Shown here piece by piece: positions 9,537 through 19,262 of a stretch of DNA of 64,000 nt. The stretch lies in the NCBI GenBank assembly GCA_965197585.1, contig OZ240215.1, positions 384,001 through 448,000 of the forward strand, read 5' to 3'. Under the pieces are notes generated by a model. That model saw only the letters and a program-made list of their open reading frames with translations, searched no databases and had not been told where the DNA came from. The number at the start of each line of letters is the position of its first letter. The stretch's first letter is position 1. This DNA is from Dehalococcoidia bacterium (GTDB taxonomy: Bacteria > Chloroflexota > Dehalococcoidia > Plut-88900). The translations under genes and the position numbers were made by a program.

Positions 9537-10880
9537 ATGGCAAAGCAGGGCAAGGATCTGTTCGAAGTCTCGACCGAGGCTCAGCTTAGGCAGGACGCGC
9601 CCCTCGCCGCGCGCATGCGCCCCATCAACTTCGACGAGTACGTTGGCCAAGAGCACCTGATCGGCAAGGGAAGAGCCCTTAGGACCAGCATCGAGGCGGA
9701 CCGCCTCCCCTCGATGGTGCTTTGGGGCCCACCTGGCAGCGGAAAGACCACCCTGGCCCGGATCATCGCCTCCCAGACCCAGGCCAGCTTCAAACAGGTC
9801 AGCGCCGTGGCCTCCGGCGTCGCCGAGCTAAGACAGGTGATCAAGGAGGCCAAAGACATCCGCGGCATGTATCGCCGCAGCACCATACTGTTCATCGACG
9901 AAATCCACCGCTTCAACAAGGCACAACAGGACGTGGTCTTGCCTCACGTGGAAGACGGGACCGTCACCCTAATCGGCGCTACCACCGAAAATCCCTCATT
10001 CGAGGTCATAGCGCCCCTTCTCTCCCGCTGCCGGGTCTTCACCCTAAAGCCCCTTGAAGAAGCTCAGATCAGGACCATAATCGAGCGTGCGCTAACAGAC
10101 CCGGAAAAGGGACTCGGTCGAGAGGGCGTGTCCCTGGACCCCGAGGCCCTTGACCGCCTGGTCGACTTGAGCGGCAACGACGCCCGTATAGCTCTTAACA
10201 CGCTGGAGCTCGCTGTCTGGGTGGCGTCGTCTTCCGGGGCCCGTGTCATCAGTGTTGATGCGATAGAAGACGCCTTGCAGCGCCGTACGCCTCGGTACGA
10301 CAAGAGCGGAGACCAGCACTACGACATCATATCGGCCTTCATAAAGTCCTTGAGAGGCTCGGACCCGGACGCGGCCCTATACTGGATGTCTCGCATGATC
10401 GAGGCTGGAGAAGACCCGATGTTCATAGTGCGGAGGATGGTGATATTGGCGGCGGAGGACGTGGGTCTTGCCGACCCACAGGCTCTCGTAGTGGCAGTTG
10501 CGGCACAGCAGGCGGTCCACTTCGTCGGGATGCCCGAGGGATTCATCCCCATGGCCGAAGCCGCCGTATACCTTGCCACGGCGCCCAAGAGCAACTCGGC
10601 GTATGCGGCCTACCTCAAAGCCAAGGAAGATGTCGAGAAGACTCATCACCTCCCCGTGCCGCTGCACCTGAGGAACGCACCCACTGGTCTAATGCGTGCC
10701 TCGGGGTACGGCAAGGGCTACAAGTACGCCCACGACTACGAGGGGAACTACGTAGAGCAACAGCACCTGCCGGAGGAGCTTTCGGGACGAAATTACTATG
10801 AGCCGTCGGGCCAGGGCTTTGAACTGGAGATAGAGAAGAGAATCAAGGAAAGACGCCCCCCACCCCGCCCCGACAAATGA
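9537..10880 (+). CDS. rarA: Replication-associated recombination protein A (RarA/MgsA)
   Basis: PLAARMRP, WGPPGSGKTT, FIDEIHRFNKAQQD, GATTENPSF, SAFIKSLRGSDPDAALYW. Confidence 0.97.
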   Translation: MAKQGKDLFEVSTEAQLRQDAPLAARMRPINFDEYVGQEHLIGKGRALRTSIEADRLPSMVLWGPPGSGKTTLARIIASQTQASFKQVSAVASGVAELRQVIKEAKDIRGMYRRSTILFIDEIHRFNKAQQDVVLPHVEDGTVTLIGATTENPSFEVIAPLLSRCRVFTLKPLEEAQIRTIIERALTDPEKGLGREGVSLDPEALDRLVDLSGNDARIALNTLELAVWVASSSGARVISVDAIEDALQRRTPRYDKSGDQHYDIISAFIKSLRGSDPDAALYWMSRMIEAGEDPMFIVRRMVILAAEDVGLADPQALVVAVAAQQAVHFVGMPEGFIPMAEAAVYLATAPKSNSAYAAYLKAKEDVEKTHHLPVPLHLRNAPTGLMRASGYGKGYKYAHDYEGNYVEQQHLPEELSGRNYYEPSGQGFELEIEKRIKERRPPPRPDK

Positions 10881-10899
10881 CCCCTTTTTGCTCAGGGAT

Positions 10900-11859
10900 C
10901 TACGATACGCGAGGCAGCACCTTTTCGGCGATGACGTCCAGCAATTCCGTGTCTTCGTAGTCGTAAAGCTGGAATATTATCCGTGATGCGCCCGCCTCCG
11001 AGTAAGCAAGGATCCGCTCCACCACCCGGTCCGGCGTACCGACTATCCACCCTTTGTCCATCAACTCATCCGGAGTAGCGTCGGCGACGCCCTTCTCCGG
11101 ACCCAGGATGTCGGCAACCCGAGCCAGTCGCCGCGCGTAGTCCTGGTCGTCTCGGCCGATAATCGCCGTTCCGGTTAGAGAGATCGATATCTCGCCCGGG
11201 TCCCGATTTATCTCCCGGCACAGCCTGTGCAGCAAGGCTCGCTTCGCAATAAACCCCTCTACGGTGAGGCTTATGCCATTCCACTCCTGGGCGTACTTCA
11301 CCGTGATCGGGAGGGTGCGCTTCTCCCCGTTTCCGCCTATGACAAAAGGCGGGTGAGGTGACTGATGGGGCTTGGGATAAGACGTAGCCCCTTCCAGGGT
11401 GTAGTGCTGTCCCTTGAAGGAAACGTTGTCCTCCGTCCACAGGGCCTTGATTATCTCCAGCCCCTCTTCGAGCATTCCGTAGCGTGTCTTCCAGTCGTAG
11501 AACGGGATGCCGAATGCGGTGTGCTCCGGCACGCACCACCCCGCCCCCAGCCCCATCTCCAGCCTCCCGTTGGACAGCACGTCAATAGACGCCGCCATCT
11601 TGGCGAGAACGCTCGGATGCCGGAACGTCATAGGCGTAACCATCGCCCCGAAGCGTATGCGCTCGGTCCTGGCAGCCAGGGTCGCGAAGGATATCCAGGC
11701 CTCCAGGACTTCCTTGTCAGGCCCGAGCACCAGGGGGTGAAGGTGGTCCGAGCGCCACATAGACTCGAAGCCCAGGCCCTCGGTTCGGTCTACGAAGTCG
11801 TGCCACTTTTCCCATGTCAGGTCTTCCTGACCCTCTAGCATTATTCCAATGTTAACCAT
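10900..11859 (-). CDS. LLM-class (luciferase-like) F420-dependent oxidoreductase
   Basis: GFESMWRSDH, FRHPSVLAKMAASIDVLSNGRLEMGLGAGW, IGGNGEKRTL. Confidence 0.9.
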   Translation of the reverse strand: MVNIGIMLEGQEDLTWEKWHDFVDRTEGLGFESMWRSDHLHPLVLGPDKEVLEAWISFATLAARTERIRFGAMVTPMTFRHPSVLAKMAASIDVLSNGRLEMGLGAGWCVPEHTAFGIPFYDWKTRYGMLEEGLEIIKALWTEDNVSFKGQHYTLEGATSYPKPHQSPHPPFVIGGNGEKRTLPITVKYAQEWNGISLTVEGFIAKRALLHRLCREINRDPGEISISLTGTAIIGRDDQDYARRLARVADILGPEKGVADATPDELMDKGWIVGTPDRVVERILAYSEAGASRIIFQLYDYEDTELLDVIAEKVLPRVS

Positions 11860-11861
11860 GG

Positions 11862-12893
11862 CTAGTTCATCACCGCCCGGAACGCTTCGACGGTCTGACC
11901 AACGTCGGCCTCATCGATGCCGTAGTGGGTCACTAGCCGAAGCTTGCCGCCACCGCGGTCCAGGGCCAGTACGCCGTGTTCTCCCAGGGCAGCGGTAACT
12001 CCCCCGTTGGGAAACTCCTTCTCTACGTCCACCATAATCATGTTGGTCTGCACCCGCTCGAGGTCAAGGCTCAGCCCCGGAATCTCGGCGAGCCCTTCGG
12101 CGATAGCCCGGGCGTTGGAATGGTCTTCCGCCAGTCTGTCAACCATAGTTTCCAGGGCAACGATTCCCGCCGCGGCTATGATGCCGGCCTGCCTCATGCC
12201 ACCGCCCAGGGCCTTGCGGATCTTTCGGGCCTTGTGAATAAACTCCTCCGAGCCGCACAGCACCGACCCCACGGGGCACGACAGTCCCTTGGAGAGGCAG
12301 AAGGTGACCGTATCAAAGGGGTCCGTGAGTTCTTTCACGTCCACCCCTAGAGCTATGGAGGCGTTGAAAAGCCGTGCCCCGTCCAGATGTAGTGGGATAT
12401 CGTGGCTCTGGGCGACTTGGGCGACGGGCCCGATGTCACCCGACCCAAGCGCCGTCCCCCCCGATAAGTTGTGAGTGTTCTCCATGCAGACCAGGGCCGT
12501 GTGAGGAAAATGCTGGTTTTCGGGACGGATGGCGTCCTCAATGTCGACTGGATCTAACCCGCCGCGCTTGGTAGTGGGAATAGAGAAGACGTGGACGCCC
12601 CCGAATGCCGAGACCCCTCCGGCCTCGTATAGATAGCTGTGGGACTTGTTCCCGAGGATGACCTCGTCTCCACGTTGGCAGTGGGACAGAATGGCAGTTA
12701 GGTTGCCTTGGGTCCCGCTGGACACCAGTACCGCTGCCTCTTTGCCGAGCCGCTCGGCGGCCATGGCCTCCAGCCGGTTGACGGTCGGGTCCTCCCCGAA
12801 AACGTCGTCTCCAAGGCTGGAGTTCGCTATTGCTTCCCGCATTTCCGGGGTGGGCTGTGTTACCGTGTCGCTCCGAAGATCAACGATTTTCAT
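11862..12893 (-). CDS. ltaE: Low-specificity L-threonine aldolase
   Basis: DLRSDTVTQPT, GDDVFGEDPTV, ENTHN, HLDGAR, CLSKGL, GGGMRQAG. Confidence 0.95.
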   Translation of the reverse strand: MKIVDLRSDTVTQPTPEMREAIANSSLGDDVFGEDPTVNRLEAMAAERLGKEAAVLVSSGTQGNLTAILSHCQRGDEVILGNKSHSYLYEAGGVSAFGGVHVFSIPTTKRGGLDPVDIEDAIRPENQHFPHTALVCMENTHNLSGGTALGSGDIGPVAQVAQSHDIPLHLDGARLFNASIALGVDVKELTDPFDTVTFCLSKGLSCPVGSVLCGSEEFIHKARKIRKALGGGMRQAGIIAAAGIVALETMVDRLAEDHSNARAIAEGLAEIPGLSLDLERVQTNMIMVDVEKEFPNGGVTAALGEHGVLALDRGGGKLRLVTHYGIDEADVGQTVEAFRAVMN

Positions 12894-13016
12894 AGGGGTG
12901 GGCCTCCGCAGGAGATGGCTCATTCTAGCATCGGGTGTTGAGGCTTACCAGTGCAGGCCATATCATGTCACCCCCTGACCTTAAATGAATATATCGGATA
13001 GAACGGAGAATACGAG

Positions 13017-13679
13017 TTGAAAAGCAGAAGCGTAACGTTTGCCTCTGGCGCATTGAAGATGGAAGGAGTCCTTACCGGTTCGACGGAAGGTAAGACGGAG
13101 CATAGCGCTGCCGTGGCCATAGCCCATCCTCACCCACTGCACGGAGGCGACATGGAAAGCGGAGTAGTCCTGGCGATAGCGAATAAACTGGCTACACTGG
13201 GCATCCCGAGCCTTAGATTCAACTTTCGGGGCGTAGGCCGCAGCGAGGGCCGGTACGATGATGGCCGTGGCGAGCTTGACGACCTGAAGGCTGCCGTATC
13301 GTTTCTCGGCAAGGAAGAAAGCATAGACCCTGTCAAGATCGGCTTGGCCGGCTATTCTTTCGGGGCGGAGATAGTCATGCGGCTGGCCGTCGAAAGCAGC
13401 GCCTGAAGGCCCGTTTTGGCGGTGTCTCCCATAGTTTCCAGCATTACCGGTAGGCGCTGGAACATCACCCCCGGCCCGAAATTCGTGGTCTGCGGTGACT
13501 CAGACGCTTTCTTGCCCGCAGAGAGGCTAAGGGCCGGCACCCTGGAAGAAGAGCACCTCATCATCGATGGCGAGGACCACTTCTGGACGCGCAAAGCTCC
13601 CGAAATGGCGAATGCCTCTGGAGAGTTTTTCTTGAGGGCATTTGAGCTTGGTTCCTTGGATGGCGACGGGAAGAAATAG
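13017..13679 (+). pseudogene. Alpha/beta hydrolase interrupted by one in-frame TGA (13404-13406)
   Basis: HPHPLHGG, RFNFRGVG and GYSFG before the stop; GDSD and EDHFW after it in the same frame. Confidence 0.75.
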
Positions 13680-13713
13680 CAAGCGCTTATAACCCTCCGT
13701 GTTAAGATTTGGA

Positions 13714-13851
13714 AGTCCGGGAATTACCTATGAAGGCACGCCTTGCAGAAATATTCAGAGAGCGACGCAACCTGTATCTCCTTGCATTGTAGCTGTCGAT
13801 TCTCGGGATGGACCAGGCTACGAAGGCCCTAGTGAAAAACCTCATGAGCGT
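13714..13851 (+). pseudogene. lspA: Second, truncated copy of the lspA 5' end
   Basis: 138 nt aligning with 16259-16396 (11 mismatches by my count); TAG at 13790. Confidence 0.9.
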
Positions 13852-13852
13852 G

Positions 13853-13965
13853 CATGGAGAGTGGAGTGGTCCTGGCTATAACGAATAGACTGGCTGGACA
13901 TTGCGATTCTGCGTTTCAATTTCCGTGGGGTATGATAGGACGAGAGTAAATACGGTGTAGGCCGA
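13853..13965 (+). pseudogene. Degenerate internal fragment of the alpha/beta hydrolase
   Basis: Encodes MESGVVLAITNRLA..LRFNFRGV*, matching about 13151-13270. Confidence 0.75.
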
Positions 13966-14009
13966 TGTAAGACCCAAGCTCTAATGATGGGCTCCCCGAT
14001 TTGGCGGGC

Positions 14010-14939
14010 TTACTCCCGAGTCAGCGCCATAGCCCGCACCCCGGCCTTATAGTGCTTAATCGTGCTGGGGTCGGGGCCCGGTTCGTAGACGTACGTTACA
14101 CGCGGAACCAGCACCTCTTCGTAGAGTATCTCCTCGTGATCGTCATACTTGACGGTCACTGCATAGTAGTACTCATTGGGCACGTAGAGCTTCGCATATC
14201 CTTGCTTGTTGGTCTTGGAGCGGCCCACTCCCGCAACTACGACCTCCGCGCCATGGACCGGTTTGCCCTCGCGGTTGAATACTCTTATTCTGCCTGAACG
14301 CCAGGGGAGGACGTGCTTGGCCAGGAACTGATCGATCCTACGGAGGCGGCTGAGCATGTCGCCGTCCGGGATTTTCTCCACAACGTCCTTCTCAAACCCG
14401 GGCCCCTTTGGGACTTTCCAGTCCCGACCATACTTTATGCGAAGGTATTCTTCGGGCGGATTAGGAACTAGGAATTTCTCCCCGATGAAGCAGATCTCTT
14501 TCAAATCAGTAAATAGCTTCAAGGGGGTGTTGACGGCGGGGTACTGGCAGATGTTGTCGCCAATGATCCGGTGGCAGGTCCAGTCCACCCGGATTCCCGA
14601 CTTCACCATGGATAATCCGACATAAAGTGGGCTGCGTCCGACGTGCACGTAGTACCCGTTATCAGTGAAGGCTGCGATGCCCTGGTCGATGGTCTCCTCG
14701 GTCAGGCCGTGAAGCCCGATGACGGAGGCCGTATCCATTTCATCGTCCCATGGGATGAACCCGTTCTCCCGGATAGCGCCGAGGCATGTTCCCGATCCTA
14801 GGAAGAACACTATTCCCATCTGATCGAAGATTCGTTTGACGTCCCTCAGGCGTTCTGCGGCCACAGCGGGATCCATCGGTTCCGGGGACTTGATGGTCTT
14901 ATCGTAAGCGGCCTCTCCCGGCTCGGTGAGCGTTACCAA
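14010..14939 (-). CDS. LicD-family phosphotransferase with a C-terminal beta-sandwich
   Basis: FFLGSGTCLGAIRENGFIPWDDEMD, VPNPPEEYLRIKYGRDWKVP. Confidence 0.85.
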   Translation of the reverse strand: MVTLTEPGEAAYDKTIKSPEPMDPAVAAERLRDVKRIFDQMGIVFFLGSGTCLGAIRENGFIPWDDEMDTASVIGLHGLTEETIDQGIAAFTDNGYYVHVGRSPLYVGLSMVKSGIRVDWTCHRIIGDNICQYPAVNTPLKLFTDLKEICFIGEKFLVPNPPEEYLRIKYGRDWKVPKGPGFEKDVVEKIPDGDMLSRLRRIDQFLAKHVLPWRSGRIRVFNREGKPVHGAEVVVAGVGRSKTNKQGYAKLYVPNEYYYAVTVKYDDHEEILYEEVLVPRVTYVYEPGPDPSTIKHYKAGVRAMALTRE

Positions 14940-15070
14940 TGTTCTATCCTTTCCTTGTATACAACCCGGGCAGGGTCATCGGCGGTCGGAATACAGTCTC
15001 CGGACGTGCTGAATAGGCGTCGCAGTGGATCCGGAGAGGTGATAATGCAGGCACGGGAAAGTGGGCAGCG

Positions 15071-15811
15071 TTATATGTCCAGCCCACCGCCGCTGCTAAT
15101 AACACGGTTGATCAGTTCGTAATCGTCCCGGGTGTCGACGTCGCCCCAGAACAGACCGGACATGTCGCACGTAGCGAAGGGGTTGCTTGTGTCGGTCGCC
15201 AATCTTACTACGTGGCTTAGCTGCACACCCAGTCCATGGATATGCCGCAGATAATCGATCGAATCGAAGACTTGGTCGTTGAGCATGAAAACACCCATGT
15301 CTATGGCGTTCCAGGTCTTCAGGTCCTTGCCGATTTCTACAACGTTACCCGACGGATTCGTGAATACGAAAGTAGCGTCGTTTATCTGGAAAGAGTGCTG
15401 AGCTGCTGAATCGACTCCCAGAACACAAGTGCCTAATGGGACATTCAATAGTCGAGAGATCACCCCAGGGTGGATGATATGGTCACCCATGCAGAGAATG
15501 AAGGGGTCGTCCCCCACAAACTCTCGTGCTGCCCATAGCGATAGGGCGTTTTCACCCTGATAATGGGGGTTCATGACAAAAGTTGGTGTAGGGACTTCGC
15601 TACTACCACGTTCTAGATGATCTATTATCGCTTCAGATTTATATCCCACCACAACTGCGATATTGTCGACGCCGGAAGCATGTAGTGCTTCTAGGGGATA
15701 TTGGATAATGGGACGGCCCGCTACCTCCAATAACACCTTCGGTGTTTTCAACGTTATAGGCAGTAAACGTCCTCCGTCCCCAGCGGCTAGGATGACACCT
15801 TTCAAAGGCAC
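15071..15811 (-). CDS. NTP transferase, LicC or inositol-1-phosphate cytidylyltransferase-like
   Basis: ILAAGDGGRL..PKVL, MGDH, IGKDL..AIDMGVF, WGDVDT. Confidence 0.85.
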   Translation of the reverse strand: MPLKGVILAAGDGGRLLPITLKTPKVLLEVAGRPIIQYPLEALHASGVDNIAVVVGYKSEAIIDHLERGSSEVPTPTFVMNPHYQGENALSLWAAREFVGDDPFILCMGDHIIHPGVISRLLNVPLGTCVLGVDSAAQHSFQINDATFVFTNPSGNVVEIGKDLKTWNAIDMGVFMLNDQVFDSIDYLRHIHGLGVQLSHVVRLATDTSNPFATCDMSGLFWGDVDTRDDYELINRVISSGGGLDI

Positions 15812-16274
15812 TTTGTTCTTCTCTTTCTTCCTTCCTTAATGGGGTCTTGACGGCAGAAAACATGCTGGTAGCACATCCAAATGGTCTGCCGAAAAAGTGG
15901 GCATAGTTCGGCGGCCTTTTCACCTGATGAAACGACCGGCCTACTGTCCCTGTAGCTCTAAGGCTCCACCTACACTTGGGTAGCTAATGCCCACAATGTA
16001 ACTGCAAAGCCCTTTGCACCCTTTGCGTGAAGGATCACCTCCCACGCGAGGCTTGAGCATATCAAGAGTATCGAGTTTTTTCAAGCTAGTCTCCTTGAGC
16101 TTCAGGTCGCCCACTGCTGGGACTGCCCGCGCGCGCGGCAAAAACTCTAAGAACGGACTTTGCGAAACTGTCTTGACCATATGAGGCTGGAAAGATGGTT
16201 AGCTTCTAGACGCCGGTGTTCATCTATTGGCCTCGGGGCCGCCGTGGTAAAATCGTGGAGTCCGGGAATTACCT

Positions 16275-16781
16275 ATGAAGGCACGTCTTGCAGGGATATT
16301 CAGAGAGCGGCGCAACCTGTATCTCCTTGCATTATGGCTGTCGATTCTCGGGATGGACCAGGCCACAAAGGCCCTCGTGAAAAATCTGATGAGCGTTGGG
16401 GAGTCCATTCCGGCGGACACCCCCGTCCGTCTCACCTACGTCCAGAACACTGGCAGTGCCTTCGGACTTTTCCCTAATCAGACCTTTGCCCTCACCATAG
16501 CGGCGGTCGTCGGGGTTGTGGTCATAGCCTTCGTCTTTTTCAGGAGTGGGGGAACAAGCAACCTGTTGGCAATAAGTTTGACCATGCAGTTGGGTGGGGC
16601 CATCGGGAATTTGATAGACAGAATAGCCTACGGGTACGTGGTCGACTTCGTGGACTTCCGGTTCTGGCCCGTGTTCAATGTCGCCGACTCTTCAATCACT
16701 ATCGGGTTTGTGGTCTTGGCCGTGGCCCTGCTCTTCGGCAAGGACTCCAAGGATAAGGCCAGTGACGGCGCCTCTCCCTGA
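16275..16781 (+). CDS. lspA: Lipoprotein signal peptidase II
   Basis: DQATK, NTGSAFG, GAIGNLIDR, VVDF, FNVADSSI. Confidence 0.97.
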   Translation: MKARLAGIFRERRNLYLLALWLSILGMDQATKALVKNLMSVGESIPADTPVRLTYVQNTGSAFGLFPNQTFALTIAAVVGVVVIAFVFFRSGGTSNLLAISLTMQLGGAIGNLIDRIAYGYVVDFVDFRFWPVFNVADSSITIGFVVLAVALLFGKDSKDKASDGASP

Positions 16782-17691
16782 CCCGGGGCAGGAAGCCCGC
16801 ATCATCCCCGCAAAATCGGACGCTAGGCTCGACAAGCACCTTGCCGACCTATGCCCCGATCTTTCCCGCTCTTTCATCCAAAAAATGATCGCTGAAGGAA
16901 GAGTTCGAGTGAACGGTCGGTCAGTCCGCGCAGGGTACAGGATGAAGGCGTCGGACGTGGTGGTGATGGATCCGCAGGCCGAACAACCCGAGATTCCAGA
17001 CCCCCGACCCTTCGACCTAGCCATCCCATACGAAGATACCGAAGTGTTGGTGGTAGATAAGCCCGCCGGAGTGCCGACCCATCCGGGCCCCGGACACGGG
17101 GGCGGGACCCTGGCCAACTCTCTGCTTGCCTATCTGCCGGACTTGGCCGAGGTGGGTGACCCGTCCAGACCCGGGATAGTGCACCGGCTCGACAAGGACA
17201 CCTCCGGGCTGCTTATAGTCGCCAAGACCCCAGATGCTCATCGAGACCTTTCGGCTCAGTTCAAGCAGAGAACGGTCTCCAAGATGTACATGGCATTGGT
17301 CGAGGGTCTGGTCGTGCCCCCGGAAGGTGTGATCGAGGCCCCCCTCGGGAGGCATCTTAAACGCCGGAAGGAGATGGCGGTCGTACAGGATGGCCGGCAG
17401 TCAACGACTAGGTACGAGACCGTCGGGATTTACGGGGGATATACGCTTCTAAGGGTCACCCCGAAGACGGGACGGACACACCAGGTCAGGGTGCATATGG
17501 CGGCAATAGGGTATCCGGTGGTCGGAGACAGTGTGTACGGGAAGCGAAACAAGTGCCTGGCAAGGCACTTTCTCCACGCGGCCTACCTCAGGTTTAGGCA
17601 TCCCGTATCTAAAGATGAAATCGAAGTGAATTCACAGTTGCCGGGAGAGCTTTCAGGTTTTCTGAATTCGTTAAGCGACACGGGATGCTAG
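16762..17691 (+). CDS. rluD: RluA/RluD-family 23S rRNA pseudouridine synthase
   Basis: S4 domain RLDKHL, VDKPAG, HRLDKDTSG, TGRTHQVRVH; follows lspA. Confidence 0.9.
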   Translation: MTAPLPDPGQEARIIPAKSDARLDKHLADLCPDLSRSFIQKMIAEGRVRVNGRSVRAGYRMKASDVVVMDPQAEQPEIPDPRPFDLAIPYEDTEVLVVDKPAGVPTHPGPGHGGGTLANSLLAYLPDLAEVGDPSRPGIVHRLDKDTSGLLIVAKTPDAHRDLSAQFKQRTVSKMYMALVEGLVVPPEGVIEAPLGRHLKRRKEMAVVQDGRQSTTRYETVGIYGGYTLLRVTPKTGRTHQVRVHMAAIGYPVVGDSVYGKRNKCLARHFLHAAYLRFRHPVSKDEIEVNSQLPGELSGFLNSLSDTGC

Positions 17692-17703
17692 AATTGACGC
17701 CTG

Positions 17704-18906
17704 ATGATACAAGACAAAAAAGTTAGAGTTAGATACGCCCCCAGCCCAACGGGGATACCTCACGTCGGGAATATCCGTACTGCACTGTTTAACTGGCTGT
17801 TTGCCCGGCACAACGGCGGTCGGATGATCGTTCGGATCGAAGACACCGACCAGGCCCGTACCCAAACAGGCGCGATTGAAGCCATACTGGAAAGCCTCAG
17901 ATGGCTTGACTTGGACTGGGACGAGGGCCCCGAGGTTGGAGGCGACTACGGCCCCTACCTACAGTCCGAGCGACTGGGCATCTACGACCGCTACGCACGA
18001 CAGCTGCTTGATAGTGGTGCAGCCTTCCATTGCTATTGCTCGGCGGAGCGCCTGAAAGCCGTACGGGACGAGCAGTCCAAGCATAAACAGAACCCGCGCT
18101 ACGATGGTAGGTGCCGGGACGTATCTGAGCAGCAGGCGAAGGCCGGGGGAGACGCCGGCGTTCCTGTCGTCAGGTTCCGCGTCCCCGAGGCCCGGACCAT
18201 TTCCTTCAACGACCGCGTACGTGACGAAGTCTCCTTCGAGTCGGACCAACTCGGAGATTTCGTGCTCATCAAGACAGACCGGTTCCCGACCTACCACATG
18301 GCCAACGTGGTCGATGACCACCTGATGGAAATATCCCATGTGTTGAGGGCGGAGGAGTGGCTTTCGAGCACACCCCGCCACCTGCTCCTCTACGAGGCCC
18401 TAGGCATGACTCCCCCCGAATACGGTCATTTGCCGATTATCCTCGGCCCCGACCGGTCCAAGCTGAGCAAACGCCACGGTGCCGCCGCTCTCCTCGACTA
18501 TCGTGACCGGGGTTTCCTGCCCGATGTTATGGTCAACTACCTCGCCCTGATGGGCTGGGCCCTCGACGACCGCACCGAGCTTTTCACCCGTGAGATGCTT
18601 GTAGAACACTTCACTTTGGAGCGGGTGGGGAAAAGCGGGGCCATATTCGATATCACAAAACTGGCTTGGATGAACGGCGTCTACCTGCGAGACATGTCCA
18701 TTGATCGATTCTTGGAGGTGGCCTTGCCAGTTTTGGAGTCGGAGCTGCCGAAAACAGTCGACCGTCCGTTAAATAGAGAGTACGCGAAGAAGGTGTTGTT
18801 CCTGCTGCAAGAACGGGTTAAGACACTTGCAGAGCTCCCTGATCTAGCTGAGCTTTTCTTTGTTGAGGATCTCTCCTACAACCCCGAAACTCTGGTGCCT
18901 GAGTAG
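17704..18906 (+). CDS. gltX: Glutamate--tRNA ligase, catalytic part (stops before the last anticodon-binding domain)
   Basis: RYAPSPTG-HVGN, RIEDTD, CYC zinc site, KLSKRHG; TAG at 18904. Confidence 0.9.
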   Translation: MIQDKKVRVRYAPSPTGIPHVGNIRTALFNWLFARHNGGRMIVRIEDTDQARTQTGAIEAILESLRWLDLDWDEGPEVGGDYGPYLQSERLGIYDRYARQLLDSGAAFHCYCSAERLKAVRDEQSKHKQNPRYDGRCRDVSEQQAKAGGDAGVPVVRFRVPEARTISFNDRVRDEVSFESDQLGDFVLIKTDRFPTYHMANVVDDHLMEISHVLRAEEWLSSTPRHLLLYEALGMTPPEYGHLPIILGPDRSKLSKRHGAAALLDYRDRGFLPDVMVNYLALMGWALDDRTELFTREMLVEHFTLERVGKSGAIFDITKLAWMNGVYLRDMSIDRFLEVALPVLESELPKTVDRPLNREYAKKVLFLLQERVKTLAELPDLAELFFVEDLSYNPETLVPE

Positions 18907-18910
18907 AGAA

Positions 18911-19192
18911 ATGCTGAGACGTAGCAAGATGGACCGAGAACGGACAATTGACGCCTTGAATGCAAGCTTGGATGTCCTTCAGGGTTTGCGCCAATGGGAT
19001 GCGGAGAGATTGGAGAGCGTGCTTAGGCCTTTGGCACCGCAGTTAGGGATAAAGACGGGAGTACTGTTCAGGGTACTACGAGTCGGTGTGACGGGCCGCA
19101 CGGCAGCACCGCCGTTGTTCAGCACCATGGCGGTCCTAGGGAGGAAACGGTGCATAGGACGATTGAGAGCAGCACTGGAGGCGCTGAAGTAG
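18911..19192 (+). CDS. gltX: GltX C-terminal anticodon-binding domain in the +1 frame
   Basis: KTGVLFRVLRVGVTGRTAAPPLFSTMAVLGRKRCIGRL; in-frame ATG at 18911. Confidence 0.8.
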   Translation: MLRRSKMDRERTIDALNASLDVLQGLRQWDAERLESVLRPLAPQLGIKTGVLFRVLRVGVTGRTAAPPLFSTMAVLGRKRCIGRLRAALEALK

Positions 19193-19262
19193 ACGATCGG
19201 GGTAGAAGGCTGATTTCACTCTTCGACTAGCTCAGTCCAGTCTGCTAAAATGGTATGCCCGA

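Noticed and set aside
15920-15945. CTGATGA..GAAAC as a hammerhead ribozyme
   Set aside because: The two motifs overlap with no room for stem II, and the flanking stems do not form
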